A stretch of DNA of 64,000 nucleotides from Octopus sinensis (lineage: Eukaryota). Location of the stretch: positions 41,540,001-41,604,000 of the forward strand of contig NC_043001.1 in assembly GCF_006345805.1 (NCBI RefSeq), written 5' to 3'. Shown here one piece after another: positions 38,199-50,245 of the stretch. The translations under genes were made by a program, and so were the position numbers. The notes under the pieces are model-generated. The model saw only the letters and a program-made list of their open reading frames with translations, had not been told where the DNA came from and searched no databases. Every line of letters starts with the position of its first letter. Position 1 is the stretch's first letter.

Positions 38199-39479
38199 CG
38201 GTTATATGATTTATTATCAGCATTTTATCACCCATGTTTCCATACTTCCATGGGTCAGATGATGATTTTATTGAAACAGCTATTTATATGGCCCAGCACA
38301 CTTTTTATCACCAACATTCCCCGGTTTCTAACAAAGTAATATTTCACTTGGGTCTAATGAACAACGAACAGCCCTGGCATGCTTTGGCAGAAAATTGCAG
38401 ACAAACCACTTAGTGACTATAGTAGAAAACACCAGCCAATAGCAGTGACTTTATTCAACCTACATCGTTTCACGCACTAAGAATGAGCCTCCAACTACAG
38501 TGTTCCAGAGAGAGGTTCTTCACCACAAGTGGTGACAAAGTGTTACACTGTATTACAGAGATATGCATGTGCCTGAGTGTCTATAAGGATATATATATAT
38601 ATAAGAATTTTTTTGCATAACAAGATAAAAACCAAGGCTGTATAGATATTAGAGCATTTATAGATAAAATTTTTATACACACGCTGACATAGAACCAACG
38701 TTGAACCCTTTATTCGCAATATTACTGAATCTGGAACTTAACTATGATCTGTCTATAGTACTTATTCAGCATTACCTGACACCTTTGGGTCTCAATGGCA
38801 CCATTATCTCTTATAACCTCAACTTCTCGCTACTATATATATATATATTTCTTTTTTGAGCCTTTGTATGTATCTGTAGATGTGTAAATGTGTATACATG
38901 TCTGTCTGAATGCTTATGCATGTAGGTTTGGTTGTTATATAAATATATTCAGATACTTGAAGTTGTAATCATAAAGTTGTTCGCAATGTGTTAGGCCAAC
39001 GACTTTATGATCACCACTTCATTACATAGTGTATGATATTTTCCACACATCTAACAAACTGTTAAACAAAGAAATTAACTTTAGTGTTTATGCTGGCACA
39101 CAGACATGTATACATATATGTACACACCTACACATGAAAACATGTATATACACATACATCCGTGCATATATGTGTGTGTGTGCATGTGTGTGTGTGTGTC
39201 TGTGTGTGTGTGTGTATGTTTGTATGTGTGTGTTTGTATGTGGGTGTGTGTGTTTGTGTGTATGTATGTATATTAGATACATATATACATAAATACATAC
39301 ATACAGATAGACAGACAGATAAACATACATAATATACACACAATCATACCCCAACATCAATATATATATAAGATTATTTTAGGGAAACTACAAAAGATGA
39401 AGATTTTATGCTAGATGCATGAACGATCCATTTTATCATAGTTTTATCATAAAGATTTTAGTGTATTTATAGATATAAT

Positions 39480-40090
<611 letters not shown>

Positions 40091-41119
40091 ATATGTGCAT
40101 GTTTGTGCATATATATATCTACATGATGACCTAAGTCAAGAAATAATTCTACATGAGTCAAATTATATTGAGAATAAACAAAATGCACAAAGTTTTTTTA
40201 TGTTAAAGCTTTGATAAAGTAGATTTTTCATGCATCCACCATAAAATCCTTTTCACCTGTCTTGCTTGTTTCTATTATCATTGTTTTAAAACTAACAATT
40301 TCACTATGGCTCTATAACTAGACATTGTTAATGGTTACAGTGGCTATAATAAATACAATATTTGATTTTCTTTCAATTATAATAAATTAATAAAATATCA
40401 ACTAATTAATTAGTTATACTTATTTAAACATGACTGATATTTTTTAATGAATGAGATTTTTTTTTTTTTTTTTGTACCATCTCTCTATCATAGTTTGCTT
40501 GTTCGCAATGTGTTTCAAGTTGGCTAAATATTCTCTTATGCATTCCGACTTAATATGGCCTCTTGTGCTACTCTCTGCTACTATCATTGCTATTGTCTTC
40601 AGCCAGAGAGAAAGCACCCTCCATAATGTCCACTTCCAGTCATAGCATATCTATAAAACACTTTACTCACATGTTTTCCTCCCTGTTTTTCATGCAATTC
40701 ATTCCAACGTAGATGGTTCTTGGATGCCCAGTTATACATTTCTAAGCTAAGATTTTCTCTCGTTTTTCAGTCTTTTCAAGCATTCATTTGCCATTCGCTA
40801 TTAATACTTTTAATATGTATTATTTACTAATGTCTACTTTCGTAAGCTAATTATTTAAATTGACCCTTCAATATATAACTTCCTAATCTCTCTCTCTCTC
40901 AGCCTTCGTTTCACCTTAATTCTTCATGTAATTTTCTAAATGAAATCTCCCCTCCACGCCTGTATTCTCAAGTTGGCTACATATTTTTTTGTACCATCTC
41001 TCTAAATTTACCCCTGCTTGTTCACGACCCTTGCTTATTCATGACCCTTGCTTGTTCACAACCTTTACTTGTTCGCAGTTGCTTGTTCGTGACCCTTGCT
41101 TGTTCATGGTTGCTTGTAG

Positions 41120-42385
41120 GGGTAACAATCCCTATAGGTGCAGCAACATCAAAGGAAAGTTAACTGGGAAGATAGCTTTTGTGTGCAGCAGATGTACAGG
41201 AGCAATAAACACCGCAGATGCTCAGAAAACTGATTCCATCACATGCCAGAGGGAGAAACTAGAAGTATTTGATAGTTTCCGCTACCTAGGTGACCAAGTC
41301 TGTTGTGGGGTGGATGCTTGGAGAGTGTTGCCACTAGAATAAGAATAGCCTGGGCAAAGTTCAGAAAGCTCCTACCTCTACTGGTGACAAAGGACCTCTC
41401 ACTCAGAGTGAAAGGTAGATTGTATGATGCATGTATACGAACTGCCATGTTATACGGCAGTGAAACATGGGCCATGACTGCTGAAGACATGCGTAGTCTT
41501 GAAACAAATGAAGCTAGTATGATCTACTCGATGTGTAATGTCAGTGTGCACACATGATAGAGTGTAAGTGCCCTGACAGAAATGCTGGACATAAAAAGCA
41601 TCAGATGTGGTTGCAAGAGAGATGAATACTCTGGTATAGTCATGTGTTGTGTATGGATGAGGAGAGCTGTGTGAAGAAGTATCACTCCCTAACAGTGGAA
41701 GGAACCCATGGAAGAGGGAGACCCAGGAAGACATGGGATGAAGTGGTGAAGCATGACCTTTGAACGTTGGGCCTTACAAAGGCAATGACAAAAGACTGAG
41801 ACCTCTGGAGATAGCTGTGATTGAGAAGACCCAGCAAGTAAAGTGAGATCTCAACCATAGCCTACACCAGTGTCACATAACCAGCCCATTTAAAAAGCAC
41901 CTTTGAATCATTAGGTGACATGCCGTGCTTGAGGAGACCTATTGAGTCAAGTAAAATCAAATTCAAAATCAAATCAAATAACAATCACAATCAAATGGAA
42001 ATTGTAATTGTGGCCAATGCCAGTGCCACCTGACTGGCTTCTGTACTGGTGGCACACAATAAGCAACATTCGTGCATGGGTCATTGCCAGTGCTGCCTGA
42101 CTGGCTCCCCATGCCAGTGGCACATAAACCGCACCATCCAAATGTGGTCAATAACAGCCCCTCTGCCCCGACTGGCTCCTGTGCCAGTAGCACATAAAAA
42201 GTACCATTCAAACATGGCCAATACCAGTGGTTGGTGTTAGGAAGGGCATCCAGCTGTTAAAACATTGCCAGATCAGATTGGAGCCTGGTGCAGCTTCCTG
42301 GCTTGCCAGTCCCCAGTCAAACCGCCCAACCCATGCCAGCATTGAAAATGGATGTTAAACAATGATGATGATGATGACGACGATG
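41120..42385 (+). mobile_element. RTE-clade LINE 3' portion with full 3' UTR and (GAT)n tail
   Basis: FRYLGD, RIRIAWAKFRKLLPLL, KGRLYDACIRTAMLYGSETW, GRGRPRKTWDEVV. Confidence 0.9.
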
Positions 42386-42429
42386 ATGATGAAACTTATT
42401 TATTCACTACTGGGCAGATGTTCTTTCAG

Positions 42430-44140
42430 GACACAGGTCTGGATTAAAAAAGTTTTTAAATTGACATTTACCAGCATATGCATCTATATGAACTCTAGGG
42501 TATATTTGCCTATAGCTGGAAAATCAATGTTACTAGCTGTGTAATGTCATTCTTTTCCTTTAAGTTTATTTCAGTCTGTCTTATATAATTCTCTCTACAT
42601 CCTGAACCTGTTATTTCATAAATTAGATTCAGTAAAGTTTATCTTTAATTTGAAGAATTTTCCTTGTTCACAATGGAATTTTTTTACTCTCAAGCAAATT
42701 TAAACATATTCAAAAGTTGGATTGCTCCACATCTTTTAACTGTTAATTCAGGTGTCATTGAATATAATTTTGATATTTGGTTATGTCAATTTTAATAATT
42801 TTAACTGTCTTTTATTTTTTACAATAGTTCAATTAAATAATGGAACATCAATTGTTTTGGCTTGATGCATCCCATCATCTATTAAAGATGGTAGATAATA
42901 TGTTTCAATGAGTATATTTTTAAGTTCCTGAAGTTTTATACCACGAGTGTTTAGCTTGGAAACAGCTGTGTACATCTCTTTGGCTAAATTAAGTGGAATG
43001 TTCCAAGTGTGTTTCAGAAATAAGTAGTTGATATTGTTTTAAATCTGTCTCAATCCAATTGTTGACTCTCATTACTAGAAAATCTATAATTGGTAGTTTT
43101 CTTGACTGCATTATATTGTGAACTGAATATTATTATTCATTCCAATTATTAAGGTTTTAACTAATTTAATTTTTCTCTGCATTCATTTCATAGAATAAAG
43201 CAATCATCGAAAAGTTTTTCCTAATTTTTTTTTTTATATATTGGTAGAATCTTCTACGTGTTTGTTGAGACTTTAGATCCATTGTAATTTTCAAATAACC
43301 CATAAGTAAATTTTCATAGGCTGGGGCTATAGTAAGAACCACAGTAACACCAATCTATGCAAATTTAATTGCAGATTTTTGGTGATACTAGTTGGCATTA
43401 GTTTCAGATTTTTGTTGATAATAGTTAACATCTATAAAATGAATATTTTAGTTAATATATTTGAATACCTGATAAAAATCTTGCATTTGTCTTTCTGCAG
43501 CAACACATTCCAGAACACTAATCATGCCCTGCTGCTATGTTTGCACTTCCTGTGCACAATACTCTTCGATATGTTTTTCACGATAAGAGTTGTTTGTACT
43601 TTAAGTCATCCAATCTGGAACTACACCATCAGAAATGCATTTGTCTGGGTGAAAAGTCAGTCTCCCCTGTATACTCTTGAATCCAATCCCTTTGCTCAGA
43701 AGTCTTGGATTCCATCCAACCTCATGGCTTCCAGTTCAAGACTTCCTACTCTGACTTTTTGCATCCTCATATATTTGGTTACAAGTTTCTCTTTTACTAC
43801 CACCAATCATTTTGCATCCCTGTTATGTACCAGTCTGACCAAAACTGTGTGGCTACTTTTGGATCAGAAGATACATAATCTCTGGTTTCATAGCTCAAAT
43901 TCCCATAAAACTACTGCTGGTTTGAACAAAAGGGCTTATTTTAATTATATTGAGCAATTCTTTCTCATTATGGTTCAAAAACCCTTCTCTTCAAAGCTAT
44001 ATTTCCTTTCAAACATTCTTATCTCATATACCTTAGCATTCTTACAACACGCCTTATGCAAACTTTTGCAGTATCTTTTCAGCACTTCACATTTTGTGTT
44101 CAAATCCCACCAAGGTGAACTTTGTCTTCCATCCCTTGGG
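42430..44140 (-). pseudogene. Second, highly decayed Penelope-like element (RT and GIY-YIG)
   Basis: Minus strand IAPAYENLLMGYL, DDCFIL, NIPLNLAK..KLQELKNILIE..LIDDG and NLIYEITGSGCRENYI.QT. Confidence 0.7.
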
Positions 44141-44247
44141 GAGGGTTACTAAAACATAAAAAAATCAGTCGAGTTCAGAGCCAATGAAATACACTAACCC
44201 ACAACACTCAGAAAATGCTGGCCTTGTAACAAGACTAAAGACAATTT

Positions 44248-44326
<79 letters not shown>

Positions 44327-44327
44327 A
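44248..44327. repeat. (CTA)n microsatellite
   Basis: Seen directly. Confidence 0.95.
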
Positions 44328-47300
44328 AATATTAATTGCACATTGGACAAAATACACTCCAGTATTCAGTTCCATTCTTTTGTTCTAATTTTCACAGATT
44401 CACTTTACTTTTTATCTTCTGAGATTAATAAACCAAATAATAGCCAAGTACTGGAGTTGATTTATTAAACTAAACCTTTCCTGAAAAATGTTTTGTAACC
44501 CCATGTCTATATTTGAAATCCTTATTATTATCACTACAGTAACTATTGAATTAATAATTTATTATTCTTATAATAGTTTTATAATTTTATTATAATAAAT
44601 CATCATCATGAGAATAATATTTTATTTTTATAATAATTACTTCATATTATTATAAGAAATCAATATTAGTGATGCAGTAATTATCAATGGTTGCTAGATT
44701 GTAGTGTACTGATGATAAGTAGAATGGCATTAATTGTATTAGCGGGACATTGAAGTGGTTGTGTCAAAACAGAAAGAACATTATAATTGTTTACAAGCTA
44801 AAGCAATCATCCCAACCTGCCTTCATGCTGTATATATGTTGGGGGGCTTACGCAATTGTAGAATCCCATAAAAGAGAGGAAGTTTCATAGTTCAGTGTTA
44901 ATTCTAGTGAAAAAAAAGTGTACTGGCATAGATGTATATTTTATATATAGACACAAAGCTAAGGTGTCATGGATGAGCAATATCATGGATAAGCAATATA
45001 GAAAGTATATATCTTTTAAGATAAAGAAATTAAAATAGGACAGTTGCAAGATAAAGGATGATGTACTATTTACATACCTTTCTAATAACTGTAGTAAAAA
45101 TTTTGTTAAGATAAATTTAATTTGTAAAAATTATTTCAGAGAACAGAAACATTATTTTAAACCACCATGACAAAATGTACTGGTACAATAAAATAGAATG
45201 GAAAAGAATACAATTCATTTATTGCAATTTGTATGAAATTTGGTTTAACAAAGTTCAGTTATTCAATACAAATGATGAAATATATGACAAAGATAACATA
45301 CATAAATGGTAAAAAGGGGTAACAAAATATAGGGTTTTAAATGCACCAATCTAGAATTGGCAACTTTTTGTTATTCGTTCATTTTTTAAGCAAAAACACT
45401 GCGATAAAATTTATTTCTAAATTGTCTAATTCTAATCTCTCGAAACCAAAATCTCAATCCTAAATTCATATCACTGAAAGCATGACAGCCAGTTTGCTGT
45501 TACCAACAATGAGTATAAAATTGGCACCACTTATGATAAAGATGATATGGTATTCGCACAATAGAACAATCTGATAAATATCATACAAGTCTGACAGAAC
45601 AATGACCCTATCTTTTCCTATAAATAAGCATAACTCTCTCAAGAAATTTGATGGGGTATGAAAACTTCTATGTAAACTATGAAATCAGCAAGAAGAAAAC
45701 AAAAACTTTGGCATGTTCTGCTTGTGTACAATAGGATATGTTAGAATTTCAATAGCATTGATGAATATAGGTGGTGTTTACTTTGTTTTGTTGAGATGCA
45801 TAAAAAAAAAAAAAGCTTCATTATTCAAAGTTGATAAAAAATGATTATTTATAGAATGAGAATTTCATACTTAGGAGAACTATTCTAAGTACATATTTTT
45901 AAAGAATAGAAACATCACATACATTAAAACTAATGACTTGTTTTAAAAAATAATCTTTTAACACCATATTTAACATGTAGAAGATATGTGAAAGTAAAAG
46001 AATGCACAATATAAAAATTATAGGCTTTGCACACATCTTATTTCTGTTTCCTTATCATAACCGATAAAATAGTACTGTGTTTATTCTATTCTAAACCATC
46101 ATTAATATATTCTCTCTAAGATATTTAACAAATCTTCTAGGGTATAATTTCATTCCATTAAATTTCAGATTTAAATGGAACCCAGCTTTCATTTGCAATG
46201 GAATGACATGTATTGAGTTTTGGTGCATTTAAAGATATTTTATTTGCATTAAGCTACTTGCACAGGAATCTGAGATCTGTGTTTAATCTTTTCTCAGCCA
46301 AGTTCAATGATTTGTCAGATACAATCAGGCTAGTGTTGTTACCATTTGCTTCATCTCCACAGCACTAAAATTACTAGTAAATTAAAAAGGATTTGTGCTA
46401 AAATATCAAATAAAATATATATAAAAAAAGGCTAAATGAATTTTGGATTTGAAAAATCAATGAATCTCATGCCCAACAGAATGCAAATATACTAGAGCCA
46501 TCTGAAATAATGTTATTTTGAATGTTATTGAATTAAAACTTAGTTTTTGAACGAAGTTTCTGAGAGATTGGAATGATTTAACTTTTGTGATTTATTTTCC
46601 TGGAATCAACTAATGTATTGTTCCATCTGGAAAGTTTTATTATTTTTAATTAATACAATCAATTATAAAAGTAGAAGAGATGGCTGAAGTTGTTTATGAC
46701 TGTATAAAAGGAATTATGAATTCTAAGATCATATTGTCCAGAAACTAATTTTGTTGTTTGTCTTCATGGTAGTTGATAAAATAAGTACAATGCAATTTGG
46801 TCAATTCTCTTCTCCTGCAAAACATGATCCTGTGCTTAAGTCATAGTAAACCATTTCAATATCTAACAGTAGATATTTTTTTACAGATTCCTATTTGTTG
46901 CTTCCAATTATCAAATTTTCAGTAAATCCAAAACACACATGGGAACTATCTGGCGACAAAGGAAAAAGCTCTGTTATTATTGGATAGAAAAGAAAGCTCA
47001 AAAAAAGACTACCTATAGTCAGCAATACTATAAGACAAAAAGAAGAGTTTTTAATCAAACCAACATTACAAACCAAACACCTAATCTACTACAAGTTGAA
47101 GTTTTAGGCAGTCAGCATGACTTAAAAAATTTTTTAAATAAAAGCTTTCTGCATAATATCAATTGCATGTCACAAGAGATGTAGAAATTATGTTTGTGAA
47201 TTCTTTTATTAATAATATCATTAAAAGCATATTTCTCTCTATTTACAGAATTTTGATTTACACAGTGACTCAAGGAATCAAGCATCATCATTATCATCAT

Positions 47301-47659
47301 CACCATCATCATCATTCCATGTCTGTTTAATTAGCAATAGCACTGCTATTGCTAATTGCAGTTTGGCTGGGAAGTTTAAGGTGTGGTGTTATAAACGTGG
47401 CCTTGTACTGTGGTTCTTATTGTTACGTCAAGAGCCTAAAGAAACATTAGCAAGAATAGAGAGAGTGGAAAATATAGTAGGATAACAAGTCAGTCCTAGG
47501 AGAGTGACTAGTTATCCTACTACATTTCAAATAAGAGAGTTGACAGTGCTATTGTAAAATTCTGCCACTCTTTAATATTGTTGGTAGGAGTATTTAAAGC
47601 AAAAGTTTACTGCTATATGATTCGACAGGTGTTTGCAGATTGCCCTGTTCATGTGGCCT

Positions 47660-47690
47660 AACCAATAGTACTGACCGGAAGAAGCGGAGC
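47660..47690 (+). promoter_or_regulatory. Candidate CCAAT plus ETS (CCGGAAG) promoter-like motif pair
   Basis: ccaat at 47662-66 and ccggaag at 47675-81 in a CpG-retaining non-repeat stretch. No linked gene identified. Confidence 0.2.
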
Positions 47691-48509
47691 ATGAGAAAAG
47701 CAATTTCAGTGGTAGAGACCACCCTTTGAAACAAGAGAAATGATAGTTGCTGTGCAGACCAAATAGTTCACTAGGATAGATTATTATTTTTTTTTTTTAC
47801 TTACTGAGCTTTGTAGAAGAGGTAATGTCTATGATCCTTGCAGTTCCTCTGAGACCTATAATGCTATTATTATTACTGCTAATATATGCATTAAGTGAAT
47901 CATGGCCCTGAGGGCCTTCTTTTTTTCCACTCCATCACACATCTCTCTCATGCTCTCTTATCCTCTCACCTCTCCTACAATAGCTTAGATGTTTATACTT
48001 GCATACTTGTGTATATAAGAGCCCATTTCTCTCTTTGTGTACTTTTACTAATAATACTGCTGCAGAGGGCCATTTGTATTTGTGGCATAACCAAGCATTT
48101 AAGCTCATATAATTGATGTATTGTCAGCTTTCTGAAACACATGTACATAATATAAAACACAAATATAACACATGGTGTTATAGTGAATAATATCAATTCG
48201 GTAGCGACACCATTTCCATCTGATGGAACTGGTGTCACTAACCAATTAGTATTATTCCCTATAGAATCATGTAACCCTCCTTGAGCAATATCATCCCATC
48301 TCTCAGTAGCCACCTTAGATTTCTTGGACCTTTCTATTTGGTTATTCCAGAAGCCTGAAGGAGTTGGGCTCCATTAGAAGCCTACAAAACTCAAAGTAGC
48401 ACAGAAACCAAATCATACTATTTTAAACGATACATGTAATGCCAACTAAATGTGTTTCATTTATCCACTCACTCATATATACATACATACACACGTATAT
48501 ATATATATA

Positions 48510-49022
48510 CGAGGGTGGGGCAAAAAGTAATGCCATTTTGCTTAGGACAGGTATAATTACCAACACAAGAACATGTATCATACATCAAAATGAAGCTGGT
48601 CTCTCAATAGCAATGTTCCACCTTCGAATGAGAGCATGTATCCCTGCCACATAAAATTCTGTTGACTGTTCTTTGAGCCAATTCTTCACTACCTCCACAC
48701 TCACCAGATTTAGTGCTTTCAGACTATTATCTCTATGGCACCACAAAAGAGGGTTTGAGAGGCAAACATTATACCAATGACAAGGAAGTGAAAACTGTAG
48801 TGAAGAAGTGGCTCAAAGAACAGTTAACAGAATTTTATGGGGCAGGGATACATGCTCTCATTCAAAAGTGGAACATTGCTATTGTGAGAAACAGTAACTA
48901 TGTTGAGGAGTGAGGATGTGATCTACAGAGGACCAGCTTCATTTTGATGTATGATACATGTTACTGTGTTAGTAATTATACTTGTCCTAAGCAAAATTAC
49001 ATTACTTTTTGACTCACCCTTG
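48510..49022 (+). mobile_element. Non-autonomous mariner (DD34D-type) deletion derivative with ~95-bp TIRs
   Basis: TA at both ends and long TIRs. Retains the C-terminus PPHSPDLVLSDYYLY..GIHALIQKW..NYVEE*. Confidence 0.85.
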
Positions 49023-49053
<31 letters not shown>

Positions 49054-49063
<10 letters not shown>

Positions 49064-49742
49064 GTTATCGCCATACTAATATGGCATTCTTAAAAATAAG
49101 AATAAAGCTGTCGCTGATTAGCTCCATGAAGCCATCGCCTCAAGCTAGCTACTTGACACACAAACTGCGTCCGTTATTAAACCTTCGAACAGGGGAGGTC
49201 AGTCACTTCAACCTGCTAGTCTGACAGCTACAGACATGTTTCAGGGTTGTTGCCCCTTCTCAATGCAGCGTAGTCAGACCTGCAGGTGACGCTACTGACC
49301 GTCTCTGTTCAAAGATTTTACCTAGTTACGGTGGAATACATCCACTTGTTTTCAATAACAGAAATATTAAAATTATTAAGTCTCTTTAAAAGAGATTATG
49401 ACAGCGTTTCTGGAAATTAATAGTTATCGCCATACTAATATGGCATTCTTAAAAATAAGAATAAAGCTGTCGCTGATTAGCTCCATGAAGCCATCGCCTC
49501 AAGCTAGCTACTTGACACACAAACTGCGTCCGTTATTACACCTTCGAACAGGGGAGGTCAGTAGCTTCAACCTGCTAGTCCGCAGTTTGTGTGTCAAGTA
49601 GCTAGCTTGAGGCGATGGCTTCATGGAGCTAATCAGCTTTATTCTTATTTTTAAGAATGCCATATTAGTATGGCGATAACTATTGATTTCCAGAAACGCT
49701 GTCGTAATCTCTTTTAAAGAGACTTAGTAATTTTAATATTTC

Positions 49743-49747
<5 letters not shown>
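49054..49747. mobile_element. Family-B pLTR-like element: two direct partial copies plus one inverted copy, in (TA)n
   Basis: 49054-49220 repeated at ~49413-49580, and 49581-49747 is an inverted copy. Homologous to 19072-19449. Confidence 0.85.
49227..49269 (-). ncRNA. Minimal type-I hammerhead ribozyme with U3-A8 covariant core
   Basis: Minus strand GCUGCA UUGAGAA GGGG CAACAA CCCU GAAAC AU GUC UGUAGC. All three stems pair, and stem III ACAUGU is palindromic. Confidence 0.7.
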
Positions 49748-49783
<36 letters not shown>

Positions 49784-50138
49784 TACATATATATATATCC
49801 AAAGAGGACCAGCTTCATTTTGATGTATGATACATGTTCTTGTGTTGATAATTATACCTGTCCTAAACAAAATGGTTTGAGAATTCCTTATACCGACACC
49901 AGTTTCAGCAATTTTTAAAACTGCTGAAACTGACTTCTGTATAAGGAATTCTTAAACAGTGTTTTCAGACGACTATAGTCCCTGTCTGTATATATGTATA
50001 CAATTAAGGGCTTTCATTACACCAGTAGAACATTTTAGCTCTTATTTCTAGTAATGTAGGTGTTTCTAACATCTAAATCACATTTAGTAACAATTATAGT
50101 TTTCCTTTTTGGTAAAACACTGCAAACTGGTGTGTATT

Positions 50139-50181
<43 letters not shown>

Positions 50182-50202
50182 TATATATTATATATATACA
50201 TA

Positions 50203-50229
<27 letters not shown>

Positions 50230-50245
<16 letters not shown>

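Noticed and set aside
41010-41115. About seven degenerate ~16-bp units (cccttgcttgttca..)
   Set aside because: This is an ordinary short minisatellite next to an RTE fragment, with no further structure seen.
43379-44152. 257-aa plus-strand ORF
   Set aside because: It is antisense to a decayed PLE, has no recognisable motifs, and is probably a shadow ORF.
47993-48313. 106-aa minus-strand ORF with a hydrophobic segment
   Set aside because: It has a GTG start, no recognisable homology and no convincing splice donor, so it cannot be supported without expression data.
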